The notes under the pieces were generated by a model. It had not been told where the DNA came from. It saw nothing but the letters and a program-made list of their open reading frames with translations, and made no database searches. A stretch of 64,000 bases of DNA from Convolutriloba macropyga (lineage: Eukaryota): contig NC_134468.1 of the NCBI RefSeq assembly GCF_964194025.1, positions 2,046,001-2,110,000 of the forward strand, given 5' to 3'. Positions 23,501 to 35,500 of the stretch are shown here, piece by piece. A program made the position numbers and the translations under genes. Positions within the stretch are counted from its first letter, which is position 1. Every line of letters begins with the position of its first letter.

Positions 23501-26500
23501 AAGTTTCTTCGTTCTTTTCATAAGATTCCTGTGCAAATTGAACCGCAACTTACTTTTATTATATAATATATCATTAAACATTTTCCCAGTATTTTGCTGT
23601 TAGCTTTAAACTAAACTAGTGTTTGCATCCAGAAAAATTCAACCATTGACTGCCTGTTGAAATTTGTTTTAATCCTTTTCGGTACAAAATATGACAAATT
23701 TTAATTTTCAGAAAAAGAACGAGGTTTGGAAAAAAACGATTTCTTTTAAAAACGACAAAAATTTTAAAGGAACTTCTGATTTTATTCAATGCTACCAGTA
23801 ATTCTGCTGCATACAAAGTGCAACTAGTAGAAAAAAGGAATCACATTTGGAAAAAAAAATAAAAACAAGATATTCTGCGAGTTTTTGCTAAGATATATTT
23901 TATTTTCAATTACGGGTTGAACTATACAATTACAAATTCAAAATTTGGTTATATTTTTGACATTATCTTGAACAGTTTTAATTTACTATTTCTGATACAA
24001 CTTTTAAAGATTTTTTTAGATTTAGCCAAAATAAAACAAGGAGTATTTTTGAAAATTTTTGTAAGCCTTGCCTTCTTCGATCTGAAACTTCCTGAGCCAA
24101 TTTCGTAGGTTGCGTATCAAAAAAAAAAAAGCAAAATCCTTTTGACAAATCATTCCTTTTCCTATTTAAAAAAAACTTTTAGGACTTCAGAGACAAAAAA
24201 ATTAATTCAAAGACTTCTCCTTCGAGTGGAAGGAAAATTTCCCTTTCACTCTAATTTTTTTATAATAATCATAAAGAACCAGTACAGATTTCAGAAAATA
24301 GAAAAAATGTCAGATATGCACTCAAAATGAGCAAAATTTTAAATGAGTTAAAACTTTTTCTGTTTCGTTCAACTATATTGAATGGACTTTTTGTTACATC
24401 AATAGCCGTTTCTTCTTTAAAATTTATGAATAAAATTCGAAAAGTTAACATAATTTTGAAAATTTGATTGTTTTCAAATACGATAAATGCTTTACCTTTC
24501 CTTGAATCCTTCTACTGAAATTTTTCCTCCATGAATATTATTTAGTTTCTATAAGGTGTTGTCTGAGATATTGAGAACACAGTGATCTTCAAGTAGAAAA
24601 GTTAGATTTGTTTCCTTCAAAATTTTTAGAAGTCCATGCCCTCGCTGTTCATGTTGTCTAACAAATCATTGTGTGATATCTTTCAATACAGCATATTTTC
24701 GTGCATTGAGTCATGCATTGATCAAATTTTAAAAGTGTTAAAATATTTTTGATTAAAAAAAACAGATCGAAGGTCTATGACTGATTTCAACCAGTTGTCA
24801 ATACACAGTTGAGGTAGATTTGTGAAAAAATAGATGAACATAAATCCTGAGTGACAGATTTTCTAAAATTCGAAGCCTTTATTTTGGTTGCAAAGAGTAG
24901 AACAACTCCCTTCTTTGACTGCTAAGCTGGAATCCTTCACATAAACTACAGTAGGAACTTTATTGGCAATCGAAAACTATGTTGGAGACTTGACGATTTT
25001 TTGTATTTAAATTTTTAAATCTCTTTCCTCTAAAAATTGTGTTGAATAAAGCCTATTTGTCTTAAAACAATTGTGGAAAAAATGCCCATTGAAACGATAA
25101 ATGATTTCTTTTTTATGATACCTGGAGACAATTATTTGGAGTTCAATTCATAAAATAATTGATGAGAAACAATTACAACTCGTAAAAGTCTCTTAATTTT
25201 ACAAGAAAAGATTAATCGCAATAGCAGAGAAAATTTGAGTCAAGTGGTGTTTTAAAAATTGTGATGATGTTCAACTCCAAAAAATTATTTTATAGCCATG
25301 TCTGTTTTTTCCGATCGAAGCATGACTTAATTAAACAGTCCAAAGGGTTTCAGTAAAATTGAGGCTCTTGATCCGGAATTTTGCAATTCCCTGCCAATTT
25401 TTTAACCATAGAATATTCTTTAAAAATCTCAAATCGGAATTGCTCCAAATTGCTCCCATACATACTCAATACAAAAAGATTATATCTGTTCTCCCTTGTT
25501 TTACAAAAACTTGTAATTTATTGATTTGCAACTCATTCCTTAATTATGAATAATCAATTAATCAGGGCTTTTTTTTGCACTATTTTGTTACCTTATGTCA
25601 AATTCAATAACATTTTTTAAAGATTTGGAAAACTAATTGTGAAACCTTTTCTTCATATCCATGGAAGTTAGGTGCACACTGCTAGAAATTTGGTGATCAG
25701 CCTTTACTTGCAAAATTGTTTTGTTATGAACATTGCAAAATTTCTGAATATTTTCATTATTTTCTCTTTCGAGAAGAAAAACCATTCTGAGTGAGTATCA
25801 GAGTTGCCGATATCTTGGGACTATAATAAAAAATATTTCAGTTTTTTCATTAATCTTGAAGCGTCTAGTTTTTAAAATATCATGCAATTTACTACGAAAT
25901 AATTTCTGGATTTATCGAGTAATGTTTTATGGATCGTCTCTTATTAGAATAACATGAGATCATTCTTCAAAGGGAAGGAAACTAGTTCCAGTTATTAAAG
26001 TTACTTACGATATTTTGCGGCTCAAATGGTTCTGTATTAAAGATACTTTTTTAGCATACGCATTGCTGACGTTAAGAAAATGAAATATTTTCGTGCGCTA
26101 ATATCCGTAGCACTTTTTCAGTTTAGTATTATTTGAACTGTCTTGCATTGAACAGTAATATCAATTGATCAGTTTTTTCTTCAATTTTATCTCAAAATCT
26201 AATTAATTTTCAATTTTGATCGAAAAAGTATTTAGCTCCGTTCTTTTTTTGGAGCTGTAATATATAGTTAAATTTAGCTCAAAATACGTAATTTTTTACT
26301 TAATGCTTTTGTGCTGTACTGCGCAATTCAGCATGTGAAGCTTACAGTAAAACCGCGTTTAGTGAGGTTCAATCTGTTTATTTGGATATTGAATAGCAAA
26401 ACCTGAATTTCGTTCAGGTGCGCTTTCAGGTTCTCAATTTCCCTGTCCTTGAGAACTATCGCCTCGTGCAGCTCCATCTTTTCCTCGTAAAGCTCATTGA

Positions 26501-29500
26501 TCAGAACCCATAGCTAAAATATAAACAAGAAGTTGGAAAAAAAAAGAAAATAATCACCACATATAAACAAAAAATCCACAAATAATAACAAAATTGAATG
26601 ACAAGAATGAATAACTAAAACGTAAGGCTACGGTTTTGTAGAGGTTTACAACAAACTATATATTTTTAATAAGCAAAAGTCCACCAGAAAGTGAAACTTT
26701 TACAACGCACAATTAACTTAGCGTGAGTCATGGTTTTCGTTGTTGCTAATAAAGAGCTGTTTCAAAAGCACAAAGAAATGATCAAAAGTAAAAAGTGAAG
26801 AGTTGACCATGTATAATACTGATTGATTGTTGAGAATTTTCTTGATGTTTTTGAGGTGCTTCTCTGATCAATTGTTTGAACTCTATAGTCTCTTATGTGC
26901 CATGAAATTTGAAACGCCGACAAACACAATGGGTGAATAATAATCAGAAAAATCAAAGAGCTCCCGGGCCAGTGTTTTCCGAAAATTATTTGAGATAAAC
27001 AGTAAACAGTTTAAGCTCATTTAAAAATTTTTTTCTAGACATTCAGCTTCTTTCGTACACATTTTGTACACGCATGTTGAGGCGCCTTCCGTAACTGACC
27101 TATGTGCCAGACTGTGCCAGACAAAAGTAACCTCTGATCAGACTATCCCAGACCAAAGTGTCCACTGATCAGACTGAAGTTCGCTCGAAACACAGTGCGC
27201 GCTCGGAGTGAGCTCAAGGTTGTATCTGATCAGACCTTTCCAGACGGAAATGACCTCTGATCAGAACCAAATCAGACCATTGTCCAGACGATTTTTCGAC
27301 CATGTCCCAGACCAAACCCAGACCATTGTCCAGACGATTGTGTGCTCAAAATTAATTCTGAACAGACTACTGTGCGCTCGAAAGTCACTCCTGATCAGAT
27401 TATTGTGCTCTTAAAATCGCCTCTGATCAGACTAAATAATGCTTGAAATAGTCTGATCATTGAACGGTTTTCATTATGAACGAATCTCTTTAATTATGCA
27501 ATAATACTTTCATCTCATAAATTGATCTTTGCAGTATTCAATTCATCTAAAGAAAAACAAATCTAAAAGTACTGCTAATGAAAAGAAAACCCAACTGCTG
27601 AGAAAAAAATTTACTTTACCATTAGTTCATATTTCTGACCTAATGGATGAATTTAGACAGCTTTCCATAAGAAACACCGTGGTCTACAGTTAATCAAAAT
27701 TTCCTCTCAAGGGAACCCCCATATGCTATCAGCTCGAGATTTGTCCTTAATCAAAATATTGCTTTTTTGCCTCTTGGCAGAGCCAATATCTCTCAGTAAA
27801 AAAATGCACAAAAAAACGAAAGAAGAATAAGCGCTAGAGATGGTCTCTGAGATCAAACCCAATTGCGCTCGAAACTCCCTAATCAGACTAATGTCCTCCT
27901 GGGTACACCTCTGGTTAGACGAACCCAGACAGCCGTTACCATCCGCCAGTGACACCTGATCAGACCATCCCCAGACCGAAGTGACCTCTAGTCATAATAT
28001 TGTGCGTTGGAACCAAATCTCAGAACCTGTAACCCTATTGTCTTGAAACAAACCATGTGAGTTGAACTTGGGCCTGATCAGTGGTCACTTCCGTCTGGCA
28101 CCTCAACCTGGGGCACTTTTCTAACATCTCATCCAAAATTTCCCTTTTTTCCAAAACTTAATAGCTTGTCTAACAATTTTTCCGCATATTCAGCGCCTTT
28201 CTTTTGAATTTTCAAAGCTTGTGTAATCCTCAGCTGGTAGTATATCACGCTAAACAGACGCTACTTCAGCAGATCAAGGTTGTCTCTGGTACCATTGCCT
28301 TCCCGGTTTCGGAGATAGTAGGTTTGCGTCCTCTTAGCAGCAAATTGTGAGCAGTAAATTCTTAGCAGTAACTTCCTAGCAGTAAAGGGAGTTAGCTAAT
28401 ACCACACTTGACTTGTTACATTTGCCTTGTTTAACCTATGTACTTTCTTGATATTTTGTCCTTATTTTCCAGTCTTTCCTTGGATATTTTTCACACTCGT
28501 AACATTTCTCATCACAATTTTCTACATTCTCAACACGTATCCTAAAAAATTTCAAAACGTTCCCTGCATGTTATTCACAACTTTCTGACATATTGTCAAC
28601 GCTTAACACTCTTTCTGTGCAGGTCTTCTAAACTTTCAGTAGTTTTTCCCAGGCCAAGGAACTTTTTAAAATTATATATGACAAGCGGAAACGAGCAATG
28701 ACAAGTCGCAAAATTCAACGCAAATTGCTTACATAAATTTGGGTTGAATGAGTTGAAATTAGAGACATAAATTCAAAGCAATCAACGCAAAATTAAGTAG
28801 AAAAATTTCAAGGGTTTTTCCGACGTGTGAACGCTAGCTACCACCTACTTTACATAATTTTGCATTTCTAATAGCCGATCTTACATAATTTTACGTTGAA
28901 ATATAGTAGATCTTAGATAAATCAACGCGTAGAACTCTGCGTATGAGACTCGAACGACTCACCACCAATGTGCCACAAAACCTTAGCTTTCCTAAAAATC
29001 GCCTGTTTATAAATCGGACTGGAACATCACGTTGCACATAATATTGGTGTTTCTAAGCGTAGATCGTACATAATTTTGCCTTTTCTAAGCTTATACTTTG
29101 ATTAATTTTGCATTTCTAAGCGCAAATATTCAGTACTTGTTAGTTGCATATAGCAAAGCGTTGGGGTTCCGCAGACAATTATTGAATTTCTTTAAAATAA
29201 ATTTTGACTTGAAAACGGGTTTTCGGTGACTTTAAAACGGACTTTAAAACGGGACTTAAAAACTTTAAAACAAATAACATGAACTTGACACAAAAATCAC
29301 TTTTGGGATTCCAAAATTTGTAACCTAACCATAACCCCCACGCACAACCTCTGCCCTACTTTTCGCCAAACTCCTCAACCCTCACACACACAAACACAAG
29401 GCCATACCTAGTTCCCCCAAATCCAACGCAAAATTTTGTATGATCTACGCTTAAAAATTATGTAAGGATTGCGGTGAATGCATTGAATTCATGTAAGATC

Positions 29501-32500
29501 TGCCCAAACTACGTTCGACGCAAAATTATGTAAGATCTAAGCTAATTGTAACCCAAAATTATGTACAATTCTTGCTAAATTCAGCGCAAAATTTTGTAAG
29601 GTCAAAGGAAAATCCGACGCAAAATTTGTAACAACTAAGCTCGAAAACCCAAATTCATGTAAGATTAGTGGTGAATGCATTGAAGTCATGTAAGATCTAC
29701 GCTATATTAGACGCAAAGTTTTGTAAGATCTACGCCAATTACAACGAAAAATTACATAAAATCCACGCTATATTCAGCGCAAAAATTTGTAAGATCAAGG
29801 TAAAATCCAACGCAAAATTTTGTATGATCTACGCTTAAAAACGCAATTTTATGTAAGATTAGCAAAATGCGTTGAATTTGTGTTAGATCTACGCTACTTT
29901 CAACTCAAATTTAGGTAAGATCTACGCTAAGTGCAACATAAAATTATGTAAGGTCTATGCTAAATTCAATGCAAAATTATGTAAGATCAAAGCTAATTCC
30001 AATGCAACACTACGCAAGATCTACGCTTAAGAACGCAAAATTATTTATGATTAGCGATGAATGTGTTGAATTTATATAAAATCTACGCTTGAGTGTAGAT
30101 CATACATAAATTGAACGCATTCACCGCCAATCGTACATATTTTTTCGTTTTTTTTTAGCGTTAACACCTCGGCCCGGATCTTAAAGCCTTTTAGTCTTGA
30201 TGCGCTTTCAAATTATTTTGTTCCACTTTTTCAGCAAATTTCTGACACAATATCTAGTCTTTCTGAACAACTTTTCTACGCTTTTCTGACAACCTGTTTC
30301 CCACTTCTAAAACGTACAAGTACTGCAACAACAATTATTGGAATTCCTATATTAAACTGTGGTTAAGAAGCTGAAATTGGACAGTTTATTAAATTGCTAA
30401 ATTTATATATAAAATAGGCAGAAATCGCTGGTTTATGACGTTTTTAAGTTAGCGTATAATGTGTAGGAAAAAAATGATTTTTAAATAAGTTTCAATAATC
30501 GTCCAATTCAGTAAAGGTCCAATTATACAGAAATTTGACAAGAAAAGGAGATATGATAGAAAAGCATAAAAGCACGCTAGCATATTAAGAAAAATACGCT
30601 ATCCCGTTCCAAAAAAAATCACTGACAGTTTCTGCAATCAAGCAAAATTGATTAATTTGTTGTCAATTTCAAAACCATTAGTTGTTATTCGTTTCTATTA
30701 ATTCGATTTGAAATATAAAAGAAGCGATTTGAAGATGGCCTGACCTGTACAACAATATACAAATGTCAGCATATTGACAACAAGCAGAACCCATTAATTA
30801 AAGCTTTTAATTTGTTTGGCTCTGAATGCAAAAACCTCGGTACGTCATTTTTATGTAAAAATTTGGCACGTGTGTCCGGGGTGGAAACAAAATGCACCCA
30901 CTAAGCTGGGGGTACACACGGAGAAAATACCACCCGAGTCGAGGTTTGGTGGTGAATTTTGGTAAGAAATGCGGTGAAATGAAAAAAATTTCACCGCTTA
31001 TTTCTTACATCTTTTTGCGGTGAATGCGGTGAATCGCGGTGGATTATTTATTTTTACCGCGTTCTCAGTACTCTTACATACAATAGTCGTCCCTACCCGG
31101 GTTCGCACCTGTGAACTCCTGCATGCCTTCATCTGCTTATTCCACTGCTATTTAAAGAAGATTGAGTAAACGTTGGAAAGCGAATGCGGCGAATTCTTGT
31201 AAGAAATGCGGTTAACTTCCCGGTGAATTTTTGTAAGAAATGCGGTGAAATGCGGTGAAATATTTATTTTCAACGCATTCACCGCAATCAGCACTTTTCT
31301 TACAAAAATTCATCGCATTCACCGCATTTCTTACAAAAATTTACCAAAAAACCTCGACCCGGGCATTGTCGAAAGAGGATGAAAAACTATGTTGACCTCT
31401 AATCAGTATCTAATGGGTTGTTCTTCAAGGGTTATAAAGAAAATCTCGAAAAAACCATAAACTAATAATTTAAAGTACAACATTTGCGGATGTAAACAAT
31501 ATCATTGACAATGACAGAAATCTGCACGCCGATTCAGCAATACTGGCACAATCGAATTGCAATTTCAAGGCAAGAAGAAATTTTGTGCTATAGTTTCAAA
31601 AAATTCTGTAAGCACTTTTTTGGTTTCTGTTTAATCGATCAAACGATCTCTCAACTAGAAATGGTCTTTTTTCAAATGTGAAGGAGTCACGGAGTCAACA
31701 TATGATCCATTATTTGTTAAACTTTCCTGGGGTAACTTTTAATTCTAAAAACTCCTTATTTTTTTCCCGAGTTTAAACAAACTTTGAAAGATAAGTCATT
31801 AACTCAATTAAAATTGCCTGTTTTATATAAGTCTTTTTCAGTTTTATATATTTGTTCAAAACTTTTTGTTTTCATTTTTCCGATAAACGAATAAAATATA
31901 ATATGCATGAAAACAACATTTTAGTTGCACTAGTATTTTGGTTTAATTTCTCTTGATTTGAATAGGTAGCCAGTTCCGATGGCTTGCTGGCGCAGAAATA
32001 TAGGCAGCTTGTGCACTCAACCAAACACGGTCCATTAGGAGATTCAGTTTTCGACGTTCAAAAACTTTTGTTGATAAATGTCGGAATGTTTATTTGACAC
32101 AGAAACATTTCAATCTACGCTTAATTTCATGAACCATGCTTCTTACTACATTTTTGTTTAACTGTGGTGATAAACAAACTAAAGAGTGAAATCGTTCGCT
32201 GTATGATAGTAGGTCGCTGTATTTTTCAGTTACCGAACTGAGCGACAAACCAGACAAAAGCTAGCACTCACAAGGTAACCTATTCACCAATAATTGATCG
32301 AGAGCAAATCTTCAACCTAGATCCAAACCAGATAGCAGAAAAACTGATCAACTGTCCGGTGTGCCATTGAACATCCTTTAATTTCCTTTAATAATCACCG
32401 ATTGCACCATTGCATTGATTCTTTTGTTTTTGTTTTTTTCTAAGTTTCTGATTACAGTGACAGTCAGCTGAGTTGTGATTTGTTAAAATTCCTTAAATTT

Positions 32501-35500
32501 TACTAAATTTGATTATACCTAAAGGCTAATTACAAAGGTAATTAAGGTGGAGACAGTGAAAAAACAAATACTGCAGTATTGATTTTTTCAGCTGATGGCC
32601 ACTGTAATCAGTAACTTAGAAAGACAAACAAAAACAAGAAATCAACACAATCGTGCCATCAGTGATTATAAAGAAATGAATCTAAATGCTGCAAGGCGCT
32701 CCCGTACATCTTTGTAATTTTTCTGCTATCCTGATTAGATCTTGGTTAAAGAATTGCTCTTGACCGATTATCGGATTAATAGGTCACTTTGCGAGAGCTA
32801 GTTCCACCTAGATTTTTTCTGATCTGCCACTCAAATCGCTGACAGAACAATTACGTATAAAACAGTGAACGAATTCACTCGTTAATTTGCTATCACCACA
32901 GTTAAGATAAAAGGTACAGAAACAAATGGTTTATGAAATTAGGTTCGGATTTAAAGCCTGTGTCAAACAAATTTTGCGACAATTATACACAAGAGTTTTA
33001 TAACATCGGGAGACGAATCTCCTTGTGAACACTTTTTGGCTGAGCACTGCGACTCCTAAGGCAATTCAAGTACAAAGTGATAGATCACCTCACAGGCCCG
33101 CAGTTTTCTGGGCTATGGAAAAGCTTTTTATAATTCTGCTCAAGCAAACTATCATAACTAACTACCTAGGCAAATCCAGCAAAGTTATACCAAAAAAACA
33201 AGTGCAACTAATATATCGTTTTTATTCATTTTTGAAAAACAATTTATTGGTTTATCGGAAAAATGAAAAAAACCTATGAACAGATACAAAAACTGAAAAA
33301 AAAAACATATGTAAATTTTATTTGATTAGTGTTCAAAACTTCTCCAAACTCGTAAACATCAATATGGAGCTGTTTAGAATTACAAGTTCTTATAATTGCA
33401 AATTCAACATGCAAGGTATTTCTAACTTTTAATGAATTTTTTTGCACTCTAAATCTCCACGTTGGACAGTAGTTCAATAGTTCTGTTGAATAACTCAGTA
33501 GAAATAAAAAGGTAGAAAAAGTTACATTTCAGCAAATGAACGATACCCTGGACCCGCACTGTGGGGAATCATCGCAGCGTGTCAAATGTCATTACAAAAT
33601 TTCATTGCGTTTTGAACATACGGCAATTTGCTAGGCTCTAGGAGACGCATCAAATAATTAAAACATTACTAATAGAAATTTGGTTTTTTGCCTGCCCTCC
33701 CGCACAACACTATCAGTATTTTCAACCTTAGATTCAAATGTTAATAACTATATTCATAAAAATCAACTGTTATCGACTTGATTGCAATCTCATTAAAGTA
33801 CCACCCATGGAAATCCTATATCAATGGCAGTATGTGGTATAATCATACTCCCATTGATTTACCTCAAAAGAAACTCAAGTAAGGCAAAAAAAAATTACGC
33901 AGAATTTGGCACTATGCTAAGAATCGCTGAGAACATGAATTTCATTGCGGATTTAGTGAATCATGGTGGGTTTTTTGAATATCTAGTGAACGCTGAAAAA
34001 GCCAATTGTTTCTAAAGGAGAGCACAAACTCAACAATTTGAGAATTTTTCAGAGGAACTGTTGACAATATTGTAGATTGCTGCCCTGTTTTGGAATTTGT
34101 CATTGGCAGTGAAAAGTTGCGTCAATCTTTCCTAGCACTTAAATTGCAAAGACTTCGCAATTGTGTGCAGAAACTTATAGAAATCTTCAAAAACAAAACG
34201 CCTTCTCAAAATTTCAAGAATTTTACGAGAAGTGTTCAGCAGGAACCTGCTTTTATTGCTCGATCAAATACTTACCCTCTGAACAAAAATCCGGACAAGG
34301 AAAAAAAATTTAAACACTTTTTGTTGCCTACGTTTTTGTTACTCACCTGTCATCGAAAACGCCAACCAGTTGTATCTGCAACCGACCCTGACACCTGGGT
34401 CTTACAACTCTAAGGATCGGAATACGACACTGACTACGCTGCATCTCTCGTTGCTGTCGTGACTCTTCGAAATGAAGATCTCATAAATATTCATCTCCTG
34501 CAGGATTGGTTTACGCAAGTTGAAAGCAACGCTCTACATAGGAGTATTTAAGCTCGTAAAAAAGATATTCTTTGAAAATTACCTGAAAGCAAGCGTCTTG
34601 TTGTCAGCTCGTCATCAAAGAGTTTCCAACTGCATCAAAGTCTCGACAAAGAAGCGCAACGGTTTCTCGTTTAACAATCAATTTCAGCAAAAAAATTCAA
34701 CGTTTGCAACAAATCTGCAAGCACTGATTACAACGCTTGAATTGACACAAAAGCAAATGGATTTTGGGGGTACAATTTTTTTTTATTTTTCTTTATAGTG
34801 ATAATTTTTAAACCGTTGGTGAAGTTATGCCCAAAAAGGAAGAAAAACACAAAAAAAACAAGCATGGGAGGCGGCTCAGGGCCCTCTGCAGGACAGGCTA
34901 TAACAAAACGAGCAACAAAAATGTCTGAAAGAAGGACGGTGTATACTAGGACCAAAAAACGTAAATGCGTAAAAAAAGTGTCACACTCCTACGCAGCACC
35001 AATTTCTGTCTCAGAGAATGCCGGTGTATTAAACATGTATCTGAGATTAATAATACTCATTGTCTTCTTGCGTTAGAGGGGAATCTAGAAACCTAATTAG
35101 TACAGTTTCATTTCAAATTTTTAATGCTGCGCTTACAGCATAGCATATTGGTGTACGTTTGAAGTTCATTGCATTTTGTGGTAAACTCAAATAGGCTGCT
35201 ATAATGTTTATTAGTGGGTGTTCACTGTTCCGTCCATTCGTTGAATCTCAACTTTATACTTTTTTGTAAAAAAAAATTGAAAATACCTTAGAAAAAATTA
35301 AGGTGCTGTATAACGGCAGCCTCTGACATACAAGTGAGCTGCCTATGAGTGTGAAACTCATCTTTGTCTGATTTTGTAGTGTTGCGTTTCAGTATGTGTC
35401 ATTTATTTCATAAGTTTTTGTTGCTGGTTTCTGTATGGTTTGGTTTGCAGTGGACACTGCGCTGCCTCCCATGCAAGAAAACACTACTTTTTTCAGTTTC

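Noticed and set aside
28125-28235. Minus-strand frame RITQALKIQKKGAEYAEKLLDKLL as an extra coiled-coil exon
   Set aside because: Runs into a stop with no convincing in-phase donor; not needed for the model.
6840-30100. Regularly spaced ~30-33-bp repeats resembling CRISPR arrays (6840-7780, 9710-10030, 29420-30090)
   Set aside because: Contiguous degenerate minisatellites without unique spacers, no cas genes, eukaryotic context.
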